Of a stretch of DNA of 64,000 bases, positions 24,987-37,459 are shown piece after piece. The number at the start of each line of letters is the position of its first letter. Position 1 is the stretch's first letter. A program made the position numbers and the translations under genes. This DNA comes from Hamiltosporidium tvaerminnensis FI-OER-3-3 (taxonomy: Eukaryota; Fungi; Microsporidia): positions 620,001 to 684,000 of the forward strand of contig JAKIMF020000007.1 of assembly GCA_022605425.2 (NCBI GenBank), read 5' to 3'. The notes beneath the pieces are model-generated. The model searched no databases. It was not told where the DNA came from and saw only the letters and a list, made by a program, of their open reading frames with translations.

Positions 24987-25749
24987 AACAAATAATATTA
25001 TGTGTTCTTATATAATAAAAATTCAAAACATGTTTCATATTTCCTTATCAAATAAACAAATAATAATTCAGTAAACTATTAATATTTATTGTTTTGATAT
25101 ATTGTTCGAATACTTCTTTGGATATCTATTTTAGATATTTATTTTTATTGTTTGGATTTTTTGGTATTTTTGGTTTAGTGTTTTGAGTAATTTAATTCTT
25201 TTTTGTTTAATTTATTTCATTTTCAATCTTTAATATTTAATTCATTTAATATTCCTTAATTTCATATTTAATTCATTTAATCTTTAATCTACTATCAATT
25301 CATTTAGTTTTTAATTTATTTCATTTTCAATCTTTAATATTTAATTCATTTAATATTTAATTCATTTAATCTTTAATCTACTATCAATTCATTTAGTTTT
25401 TAATTTATATATTGATTTAATTAATCTTTAACTAATATCTAAACCCTTTAAGATATTTAATTTATTTAATTTTCAATTTAATTTATCTTCAAATATTAAA
25501 AATATAAATTAGTATAAATAAAAATACATGAATAATTATAAATCTTAAAGAAAATCTTTAATCTATTTAAAAAATATTAATTTTTTAAAAAAAACCTAAT
25601 ATTTCATTTTTTAATGAATAGCTTTATAGATATCATATATTTAAGTTCTTTCTCTATAACATACTCTATATCCTCTACCTTATATCTTCTACTATATATT
25701 TTATTATATTTATCTTCTTAATAGTTTATAATTTATCTTTTTACATTTT

Positions 25750-26725
25750 AAATAACTAATATAACTAATATAACAAATATAACTAATATAACAAATATAA
25801 CTAATATAATTAATATAACTAATATAACTAATATAATTAATATAATTAATATAATTAATATAACTAATAAACTTTATTTAAAAATATCACATCTTTTTAC
25901 AATAGTGGCAAGTGTTATATTTTTTTCATGACATTAACGCAGTTCTAGGTTTAACATAAATGACTGCTACCCAACACCCCATCGGTAACCCCTGCGATAC
26001 CTACGTCCCAAAGCCGTTCATCTATCAGGTGTGTAGAACCTAATTAATAGGCGAGGCAGTTGCCCGGAGTTCGTTAATGTCCGTTGCATGGAGTGTGATC
26101 GAAGGCCGAAGCCCCCCCTGGGCTCCCCCCAAGACTATGCAGCATTACCACTTACTCTACACTTTCTGAACCCAATAAACTTCTAGCTAAGATATATTTC
26201 AGAGATTTACATGGGGTCCACCTAGACAGTGCAATGTCATACCAACAGGTATAACCTGCTACTTAGCTCTCCTGGCTTTTAATGGGTTTTATTTTTATAT
26301 CTCCCAGGCGCTAAGTCTTCTAACCCGAGTGAGCAAGGCTAGGTTTCCATGCTTTTACATGGCAATTACCTACATATTCAGCTGCGGTCTGCAATCTGGT
26401 TACATAAAAAACTACAAATAAATTTGTAGAAAAAGTTTCTCCGTTTCTTAGACCTCTCCTCCTCATAACAACTCCCATGGAACAACCGAAGATGTAGTGT
26501 GGTTTTATTCCCACCCAAAATCCAAACAATGACCTCACACCAGTTTCACACACTCATTGCCAAGCAGAAAGTTTTTTATGTGGTTATCCTCCCTCCACCA
26601 ACTAATATAACAATTATAACTAATATAACTAATATAACAAATATAACTAATATAATTAATATAACAAATATAACTAATATAATTAATATAATTAATATAA
26701 TTAATATAACTAATAAAAACAATAT
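25750..26725. repeat. (aatataact)n 9-bp microsatellite split by retroposon copy B
   Basis: The same 9-mer array lies at 25750-25870 and 26600-26725. Confidence 0.85.
25871..26598 (-). mobile_element. ~730-bp retroposon, full-length copy B
   Basis: Near-identical to copy A with the same two termini. Confidence 0.88.
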
Positions 26726-26834
26726 AAATAATTTTATACTTTTTTTTAAAAAAACATTTATTCTTAGATTTACTATTTCTTTAGAAAAATATAATATATG
26801 TTAGTTTATAACACACTTTAATAAAAGATACTTA

Positions 26835-27240
26835 TTTAACACCTCTTAATATGTATCTATACAAACAACACCCCTTTAACAAATGACTTATAAATAACAC
26901 CCTCCTATATCACTACTATTATCATTAATAACCTAGTTATACTATTATTATCAACACCCTCCTATATCACTACTATTATTATTAAAACCTTCTAACATAC
27001 TATTATCATTAACACCCTCTAACATACTATTATTATTAACACCCTCTAGCATACTATTATCACTAACACCCTCTAGCATACTATTATTAATAACACCTTC
27101 TAACATACTATTTTATTATTAACACCCTTAATATCACTACTATATTTATTAACACCCTCAAACATACTCTTATTATTATTAACACCCTCTAGCATACTAT
27201 TATCATTAACACCCTAAAACTTACTCTTATTATTCTATAA
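26835..27240. repeat. Array of mostly 27/30-bp aacaccct-core repeats upstream of the GCN1-like gene
   Basis: Units such as aacaccctctagcatactattatcatt are the reverse complement of the intragenic GAGGGTGTT units. Confidence 0.85.
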
Positions 27241-27256
27241 TTTAATACCCCATTAA

Positions 27257-30200
27257 ATGTCAAATATAGATATATCGCTTCTTCTTAAGAAATATAAATA
27301 TTACTCAAAATTATCTAAGACACATCTTAATACTTTGATATCTTCTATTTCTACACAACCAACACATATACAACACACATTGTCATATTTTATCTTAGAA
27401 AATAATACACATAATAACGATTTAAACAGTAAGTATAGAGAATATATAAATCCATGTCATGAGAATGATATAATTCACTGTAATAACACCTCTTGTACTA
27501 ATAGAGATATAATTCATTGTAATAACACCTCTTGTACTGATAGAGATATAATTCATTGTAATAACACCTCTTGTACTGATAGAGATATAATTCATTGTAA
27601 TAACACCTCTTGTACTGATAGAGATATAATTCACTGTAATAACACCTCTTGTACTGATAGAGATATAATTCACTGTAATAACACCTCTTATACTACTGGT
27701 GATATTTTCCAGTGTAATAACACCCCATCATATAACCCTAACCTTAACCTAACCCTAAATAAACGCATAAACATACCAACCAATACCTTATTATTATATA
27801 TATTCAACACAATATCACCTATAAAGATACATAACATAATACATACACATCCCTACTACTTTAAAAACACATGTACGTATGTTTCTAAATACATAGATAT
27901 TAGAAATATATGTCCTTATATTTTAAAATACTCCTCTATTAATTATAAGTGTTATTGTAGGAATATTCTTATAGATTTGTATTTTAAGTTTTCTACAATC
28001 GGTTTACATAATTTTAATCTTGAAAATGAAATACTTTTAGAAATTAAAAATATAATTTATAGTTATATAAAGGGTGTTAGTAACAGTAGGGATATATTAG
28101 AGGGTGTTAGTGATAGTAGGGATATATTAGAGGGTGTTAATAATATGGAGTATGATTATAAGGGTGTTAGTAATAGGGTTAGTAAATTAGAGAGTGTTAG
28201 TAACAGTAGGGATATATTAGAGGGTGTTAATGATAGGTATTGTTATATAAAGGGTGTTAGTAACAGTAGGGATATATTAGAGGGTGTTAGTGATAGTAGG
28301 GATATATTAGAGGGTGTTAATAATATGGAGTATGATTATAAGGGTGTTAGTAATAGGGTTAGTAAATTAGAGAGTGTTAGTAACAGTAGGGATATATTAG
28401 AGGGTGTTAATGATAGGTATTGTTATATAAAGGGTGTTAGTAATAGGGTTAGTAAATTAGAGGGTGTTAGTAATAGGGATAGTAAATTAGAGGGTGTTAG
28501 TAACAGTAGTAACAATCAACAGGGTGTTAATAACAAAGATATACAAGAACCCTTTAACTACAATCTTACTACACAACATCCTCTTAACAACAAAACCCTT
28601 TATTATCATCTTTATACTCTTATTTCTCATAATATAGAAGATAATAACCTTTTTAAATTACTATATAATAACACCTCGATTTATCCACTTATATATTGGC
28701 TTGCTAGTATTGATATGTTATTAACACTAAGTACTAATGAAGAGGTGTTAAATGTAATAAGTAATAAGATTATTAGAAATAAGATAGAAGTATCTAATAT
28801 GGTAAAGGGTGTTAGTGATAGAGAGATGGTAGAGGGTGTTAGTGATAGAGAGATGTTAGAGGGTGTTAGTGATAGTATAGATAATTATAAGGGTATTAGT
28901 GATAGGATAGATAATTATAAGGGTGTTAACATAAGTACTAATAAACAACAGGGTGTTAACATAACTACTAATAGACAGCAGGGTGTTAACATAACTACTA
29001 ATAAACAACAGGGTGTTAATATAAGTACTAATAAACAACAGAGTGTTAACATAAGTACTAATAAACAACAGGGTGTTAATACTAACACCAATACACCTGT
29101 TATCGACTTATATAAGTCTTTTATTTATAATAACCCTTTTACTATAAATAACAGGGGTTTTAAATTACCTATTAATATACTTATATATTCTTCTTTAAGA
29201 ATTTCTACTTATAATGAAAATAACTTACTTTCTTATATTTTTAAAAAGGAAGAATTATATGAAGAGTTTGTAGTGTTGCTTGGTAAATATAGGGGTAGGG
29301 TAATGTATGAAGGTAAAGGGGTGTTAAACAACAGTAATGTAGATAAGGGGGTATTAAATAACAGTAGTATTGATAAAGGGGTGTTAAATACCAGTAGTAT
29401 TGATAAAGGGGTGTTAAATAACAGTGGTTGTGGTTATATTGAAAATAAAGGGGTGTTAGACAACAGTAGTATTGATAAAGGGGTGTTAAACAATTATAAT
29501 AATCATAAGGATTGCATAAACAGAAAAACTATAAATATAGAAAAAAATAAAAAATGCATAAAAATTGAGAAGAACAAAGATTTATTTTACAGATTTAAAC
29601 ACTTCTCTCTACAAAGTATACATTCATTTATAAATGAAAACCTTCTCATATTAGAAGAAGTTGTACCTTTCATACAGCGTATCTCTTCATTTCTACCACC
29701 AGAATTTCCTATTCTCTTCTTTTCCTCTACTTTTAATAATTCTTATAAATTATTTTATAAAGTTTTTAATAAAATGAATGTAATTGATATGAATGACATT
29801 TTATTTGGTAATGAGAATATTAGTCAGTATTTACCTTTTATAAATCTAGATGAAAGTGGTAATAGTTATAGGGGTGTTAATAATAGTGGTATTGATGATA
29901 GAGGTGTTAGTAATACATTCAATAAACAACAGGGTGTTAGTAACAATACTAGTAAACAACAGGGTCTTAGTAATAACAATACGAGCAAACAACAGGGTGT
30001 TAGTAACAATACTAATAAACAACAGGGTCTTAATAACAATACTAGTAAACAACAGGGTGTTAGTAATAACAATAACACCTCTTCTCTACCTAACAATAGC
30101 TTTATTAATATCCCCTTAATCTCTTCTTTGATACATCACCCTTTATTTATACACCTTATGTTAACACACTCTTATTTCAATAAGTATATAAATAACAGTA

Positions 30201-33200
30201 CTTTTATATTAGTATTACCTTTTACGGAAATAAGATACCTTTATTTTACTTATAAATTACCTTTATTAGGTTATTTACAGAATATTAAATGTAAAGAATA
30301 TATGTGTATTATTAAAGGGTGTAATTATAAGTGTAAAGAACATTTGTGTGATAAAATGTATTTTGAACATGACACTGTATGTTATGAAGGATGTAAGTGT
30401 GTATGTAGTTATATGGGTGTTAATGATATGAGTATGTTATGGGGTGTTATTAATAAGGAAATATTAGAGGGTTATAGAGACAAAGATATGTTAAAGGGTA
30501 TAGAGTATGTAACTACCAAATTACAGGGTGTTAATTTAAATTCTCATAAACAAAGGGATGTTAACTATAGTACTAATAAACAAAGGGATGTTAATTTAAA
30601 TACTGATAAACAAAGGGATGTTAACTATAGTACTAATAAACAAAGGGATGTTAATTTAAATACTGATAAACAAAGGGATGTTAACTACAGTACTAATAAA
30701 CAACAGGATTTTAACTACAGTACTAATAAACAACAGGATGTTAACTACAGTACTAATAAACAACGAGGTGTTAACTACAGTACTAATAAACAACAGGATG
30801 TTAACTACAGTACTAATAAACAACAGGATGTTAACTACAGTACTAATAAACAACAGGATGTTAACTACAGTACTAATAAACAACGAGGTGTTAACTACAG
30901 TACCGATAAATATCACCCCTTTAACAACAGAGATAAAGACAACATTATGCTTATAAGGAATATAATACCTCTTATTGATAGTATTAACAATTTACTTAAT
31001 AATAACACCCTTTTATTACACAGTGTTATAGAAAGGTTAGAATGTCTTATTAACAGTCTTAAAAGTAGCACCCCTTTATTTTATTATACAACTAACAGGT
31101 TATTAATAGAACACTTTTTATTACCTTTAATTCTAATACGTGTTATACCACTTATTGTAGATAACAGGTGTTATTCTTACTTACGTTTCTTCTTAGAAAA
31201 TACTTCTTCTTCTTTTATACATTCTATGTGTTATTGTATAGGAATTGAGAATATAGATGTTATGAGTGAATGTATAGTGGTTTTATCATGTGATGTAGAT
31301 AAGGTTTTAAGACATGTTATAGAACATGAAAAGGTATGTGAGTGTCTAAGGGGTGTTAATAATAAGAGTGTGTTAGAGGGTGTTAATAATAAGGGTATAT
31401 TGGAATCTGTTAATGATAAGGATATATTGGTATGTGTTAATGATAAGAGTGTGTTAGAGAGTGTTAATAATAAGGATATATTGGAATCTGTTAATGATAA
31501 GGATATATTAGAGGGTGTTAACAACACTACTAATACACCTAACTTTCTTGACAATAACACACATCCCCTTACAAACACCCCCATAGAAGGTGTTATTCCT
31601 GTAGAAACACTTAAGGAATACCTTGATAGTCCCTTTAGTGATTCTTTTATTTCTTATATATCTAAACATTACCCTTTATCTTCAATACTATTACTAACAC
31701 CCTCTTATTTACACACAGTACTTATACAACACTTAAAGTATTTCCCCAAGAATAACCTAGAAATAATTAAGTATGTTATTAACAATGTAAGTGTTATTAC
31801 TAATAATAATAATTTACTTATAAATTCTTTTTATATACCTTTTAATGAATTAGAAATATTTAAATACCTGTTAAGTATTGGAAATATAGAGTTATTGGAT
31901 ATATTTATAAGACAAAGGGAAATATACTACAGGGATAGAGGTTTAGAGGGAGAGGGTGTGTTAGTGGGAGAGTATGTTAGTAATAGGGATATTGAACAAC
32001 AGGGTCTTAGTAATAGGGATAGTAGTCAACAGGGTCTTAATAATAAGGATAGTGAACAACAGGGTCTTAGTAATAAGGATAGTGAACAACAGGGTCTTAG
32101 TAATAAGGATAGTGAACAACAGGGTCTTAATAATAGGGATATTGAACAACAGGGTCTTAGTAATAGGGATAGTAGTCAACAGGGTCTTAATAATAGGGAT
32201 GGTAAACAACAGGGTCTTAGTAATAGGGATAGCGAACAACAGGGTCTAGGTAATAAGGATAGTGAACAACAGGGTCTTAGTAATAGGGATAGTAGTCAAC
32301 AGGGTCTTAGTAATAAGGATGGTAATCAACAGGGTCTTAGTAATAGGGATGGTAATCAACAGGGTCTTAGTAATAGGGATATTGGTCAACAGGGTCTTAA
32401 TAAAAGTACTATTCAACAACAGGGTCTTAGTAATAGTACTAATACATTACACCCCTCTAACACTACTGATACTATTTATAATTATAAGCTTCTTATACTT
32501 AACACCTTTACTAACCCTACTATAGAAGAAGGTGTTATTCTATATAATATATATAAAAGTATTAACACCACTCCTTCTATTAAAGGTAATCTTATACACC
32601 AAATATGTACAACAAAGTATATAAAGTTAGATATGAGTAATAAGGTGGGTGATAAGGGTAGTAGTGTAGAAGGTAGTAATGAGACTTGTAGTAGAGAGGG
32701 TGTTAATATTAAGGATAGTAAGGATTACAATAAGGATAATAAGGATAGCAATAAGGATAATAAGGATGACAATAAGAATAACATGGATAACATTAAGGAT
32801 AGTAAGAATATTAATAAGAATAACATGGATAACAATAAGGATAATATCTCTACTCTTATATTAACACCCTCTATTTATAATATATATATTATAAGTAAAA
32901 TAAGACCCTCTGATATATCAATATATATAAGTGATATTCTTAATTACTTAGTAAGTAGTTTAGAAGAGACAGATAATAACAGTAACACTTCTATAATTAC
33001 TGGTAGTATTTTAGGTAGTAGTAATAATAGTAACACCCCTTTAGAAAACAGTACTATTAGTAACACCCCATTAGAAAACAGTATTGTTAATAACACCCCT
33101 TCAGACAACAGTACTATTAGTAACACCTCATTAAATAACAGTACTGTTAATAACACCCCTTATAATAATAATACTATGAGTAACACCCCTTTACACACCA

Positions 33201-36200
33201 GTACTCTTAATAACACCCCTTATACTACTAATACTTTTATAAGCTCTATTCTTATGATACACTTCTCTAATGAATTAACACTCTTTACTGTTATAGATAA
33301 AGTACTTTACCTTTTAAAAAATAAGAAAGAAGTAATACGTTATTATATATTAAAGAATATAAATAGTAGTGTTATTCCTATAGAATATATATATAGGTAT
33401 ATTAAAAGGGTTATAATATTACTTAATGATACTTCTTATAGAATAAGTGTTATTAGTAAGGATATATTAAAGGGTGTTAATATAATGACACCTGAGATAA
33501 GAAGTATATGGTATTTGGTAGTTAAGAGTATGTATAGTAGTGGAGGGTTAGGGGGTGTTAGTAGTAATGGAGGATTAGGGGGTGTTAGTAATAAAGGTAG
33601 TAGATTAGAGGGTGTTAACATAAGTAGTAATAAACAACAGGGTGTTAATACCAGTACCTATAAACAACACCCTCTTAACACTACTAGTGACAAACAACAC
33701 CCTCTTAATACTAACAACAACAATATTAACACTCTAATTCATACTCTGTTTAATATAACATATAACCACTACTGGGATTCTGTTTCTGTTACTTGTCTGT
33801 TACATGTGTTATGTACTTATGAAGATAAAAGAGTTTATGATATATTAAAGGGTCTTAAGTATTTATGTGGTTATGATGTATATATTAGTGTAGTAGAGGG
33901 TGTTATTGATATGTTAGTAAGTAGAATAACAAGGATAGGTAAGGAAGAGGTGTTATTATTAGAGAGTATTATAAAGGATTTAAAATGCAATGAAAGTGTG
34001 GTGGGAGGTGTTAGTGATAATAGAAGTATGTTAGAGGGTGTTAATGATAAGAGTATGTTAGAGAAGGGTGTTAATACAAGTATGTTAGAGAGTGTTAATG
34101 ATAATAGTAGTGAGATAAAGGGTGTTAATAATAAGAGTAGTAAAGAAGAGGGTGTTAATAATCTATCTAATATACAAGAGGGTGTTAACATAAGTACTCA
34201 CGAACAACAGGGTGTTAACAAGCCTACTAATGAACAACAGCCTCCTAATAACCTACCTAACAATCTATTTAATGTTAATACTAACAATCTATCTAACAAT
34301 AACACTAACAATCTATCTAACAACAATACAACTAATCTATCTAATGTTAATACTAATACCCCTTTACTTACACTTTCCTATAAATTAACACCCCTGTTAG
34401 ATATACATAATGGTTATAATACTTCTTTACTACTAACACCTATACTTACTATATTATGTAAAAGATGTAAATATAACCTTTTAAATAACATACCACTTAA
34501 CAGTATGTTAATACTATCTTCTAATAGTATAACAATAGAAGAGTGTTATAGTGTTATTATAAGTAATATAAGTGTTCTATATAAGTGGTGTGTTAGCAGT
34601 GATAGGAGGTTAAGAAGTATAGGATGGAAAGGTATAGAGGGTGTTATAGCAAGGGGTAATATGTTAGAGGGTGTTAGTAGAGATATATTGGTGGGTGATA
34701 ATAGTGTTAGTGTTAGATCAGAGGGTGTTAGTAACAGTAGTGTTAGATTAGAGGGTGTTAGTAACAGTAGTGTTATATTAGAGGGTGCTAGTGATAGAAG
34801 TGTTAGATTAAAGGGTGTTAGCAACAGTAGTGTTAGATCAGAGGGTGTTAGTAACAGTAGTGTTAGATCAGAGGGTGTTAGTAACAGTACTAATAAACAA
34901 CAGGGTCTTAATGATAGTACTAATGAACAACAGGGTCTTTGTGATAGTACTAATACCTTACAACCCTTTAATAACAATACTAATACCTTACACCCTGTTA
35001 ATACACCACTATATAATCAACAGGGTGTTATTATATGGTTAGTTGGTGTTACTCTTAGAAGTGATAGTGAAATAAAAAGAGAAGCTATAGAGGTGTTATA
35101 TAGATACATTAGTAGTAATGGGGGTAGTAATAGGGTTATATCTAACAGTAATACCATGTCTGATACTATATCCACTGGTAATACTATATCTAACACTAAT
35201 ACAATATCTAATGTTATTAACACCTCTAACAATACTACCATATCCATTAGTATTAACACCCTCTTTCTCTCTGCTTTGTATGTCTTAAGAAATGATACAC
35301 ACTTACGTGTACGTAAGAGAGTTAACGAGGTGTTATTTACATGTTTAGATAATATAAATACATTTATTAAGAATAACATGTTATATGTCTTTAAGTGTTT
35401 AGAACTGTTAGATTGTAAAGGTGAGTGTGTAGAAGGGTGTGTTAGTGAGGTAGTAGATAAGTATGAGGATATCATATGGGATATAATAAGTAGTAGTGAG
35501 GAGGGAGTATGGGGTTATAGAGATAAGGATAGTAAGGATATGTTAGAGGGTGTTAATTGTACTACTAGTAAATATAAGGGTGTTAATTGTACTACTAGTA
35601 AATATAAGGGTGTTAACATAAATACTATTAAACAACAGGGTGTTACCAACCTTACTAAAGAACAACAGGGTGTTAACATAAATACTATTAAACAACACCC
35701 TCTTAATGCTCATTTGTCTTGTGACTTACTTATTATGATTATAGGGGTGTTATTAAAGAGAAATAGAAAGGTATATGAAATAACAGGGTATTGTTTAAAG
35801 AGTACGAATATTACTCTTATTAAAGGGTTATATAATATAAAGGAGTGTAAAGAAAGGGTGTTAGAGATAATATATAAGATATACAGTGAGATGGTGGGAA
35901 GTGATAGTATAGAGGGTAGTACTGATAGTAGTGATAGTTATAAGGGTGTTAGTATAGAGGGTAGTGATAAGGGTGTTAGTGATAGTAGTGATAATTATAA
36001 GGGTGTTAGTAATACTATAGATGATTATAAGGGTGTTAGTATAGAGGGTAGTCATCAGGGTTTTATTAACAGTACTGATAATTATAAGGGTGTTAGTAAC
36101 AGTAATATGGAACTAACACCCTTTAATTACTACTACTAATGAACAACCCCCTTTAATCACTACTACTAATGAACAACACCCCTTTAACAATAATAACTAC

Positions 36201-36675
36201 TATTATTTATTTGTTAAGGATATATTGTGTTATAAGGGTGTTAGTAAAGAGTTATATAATAAGTATAACAATAAAGGGTTATTAAAGTATATAGAGAATG
36301 ATAGTAACAAGGGTACTAGTAATGAGGGTGTTATCTCAGTGTCTAGTAATGAGGGTGTTAAAGATACTAGTAATGAGGGTGTTAAAAATACTAGTAATGA
36401 GGGTGTTCACTGATACTAGTAATGAGGGTGTTAAAGATACTAGTAATGAGGGTGTCACTGATACTAGTAATGAGGGTGTTATCTTACAGTCTAGTAACAC
36501 CCCTTTATCATTTACTTTAGAACATATACAATGTCTTATGTATAAGGTGTTAGAACAAGGTAATAGAGAAGAGTGTTTAGATACTTTAGAGATATATTGT
36601 AATAATAATACTAATAACACCCTGTTAAATACAATTATTAAGGAGTGTAAAAGAATATACAGGGAGGGTATTTAA
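27257..36675 (+). CDS. GCN1: GCN1-like HEAT-repeat translational activator inflated by many low-complexity insertions; frameshifts near 36115 and 36408
   Basis: Segments resemble GCN1 in the correct order: IILLNDTSYRI...IMTPEIRSI (cf. EVLTDSHVKV...IRNPEILAI), TYNHYWDSVSV (cf. KFVHFIDAPSL), LSALYVLRNDTHLRVRK (cf. LAGLYMGRSDTQLVVRQ). Start context ataccccattaaATG. The frame is open for 2960 codons, and downstream frames continue to the stop at 36675. Confidence 0.7.
27462..27710 (+). repeat. Coding 39-bp tandem repeat (DIIHCNNTSCTDR)
   Basis: About six copies are visible in DNA and protein. Confidence 0.95.
28081..28440 (+). repeat. Exact 180-bp higher-order duplication made of six 30-bp units
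   Basis: 28081-28260 is repeated at 28261-28440. Confidence 0.95.
30540..30900 (+). repeat. Coding 30-bp tandem repeat (STNKQQDVNY)
   Basis: tactaataaacaacaggatgttaactacag, about 12 copies. Confidence 0.95.
31980..32430 (+). repeat. Coding 30-bp tandem repeat (NRDSEQQGLS)
   Basis: taatagggatagtgaacaacagggtcttag, about 15 copies. Confidence 0.95.
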
Positions 36676-37270
36676 TTAAAGGGTTATTGATAGTAGTATT
36701 ATAGAGGTGTTAGTAACAAGGTGTTATAGTATATATTATATGGTTAGTAATTAAAGGGTTATTAATAGTAGTATTATAGAGGTGTTAGTAACAGGGTGTT
36801 ATAGTATATATTATATGGTTAGTAATTAAAGGGTTATTAATAGTAGTATTATAGAGGTGTTAGTAACAAGGTTATAGTATATATTATATGGTTAGTAATT
36901 AAAGGGTTATTAATAGTAGTATTATAGAGGTGTTAGTAACAAGGGTATACAAGTAGTAATAGTAGTATTATAGAGGTGTTAGTAACAAGGGTTATAGTAT
37001 ATATTATATGGTTAGTAATTAAAGGGTTATTGATAGTAGTATTATAGAGGTGTTAGTAACAAGGTGTTATAGTATATATTATATGGTTAGTAATTAAAGG
37101 GTTATTAATAGTAGTATTATAGAGGTGTTAGTAACAAGGTTATACAAGTAGTAATAGTAGTAATTAAAGGGTTATTAACAAGGTGTTATAGTACATACAA
37201 GGAGGATATCTAATTAAAGGGTTGGTATTAGAGTAACAAGGTTATAGTATATATTATATGGTTAGTGTTA
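36673..37270. repeat. ~75-bp tandem repeat with agaggtgttagtaacaagg core
   Basis: Unit starts at 36673, 36748 and onward. Confidence 0.9.
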
Positions 37271-37459
37271 TATCTGTCTTAATGTTATAGAAGGTAGTTA
37301 AGTTTGAAGTACGTCTCTAACAAGAATATTATCTTTCTACTTCCTGTTATTTATTGTTATATTTGTAATAGCTTTTAACATTAAGAGAATTATATTTATA
37401 GGTGTTATTTATCTTGGTATCTATCTTTCTACTTCTTGTTCCTTTATTGTTATATTCTT

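Noticed and set aside
28060-36200. Modules as canonical spliceosomal introns
   Set aside because: No consistent GT...AG borders or branch motif were seen, and the frame is stop-free through all modules. Non-canonical removal is not excluded.
27422-36620. Many antisense and alternate-frame ORFs (MLLT/MFIS/LVI-rich) over the GCN1-like gene
   Set aside because: These are shadows of triplet-phased repeats that lack stops in some frames.
27257-37270. CRISPR-like or true telomeric array
   Set aside because: The context is eukaryotic with no cas genes, the spacers are not unique, and the cores are not tandem TTAGG/TTAGGG. Only a motif resemblance is noted.
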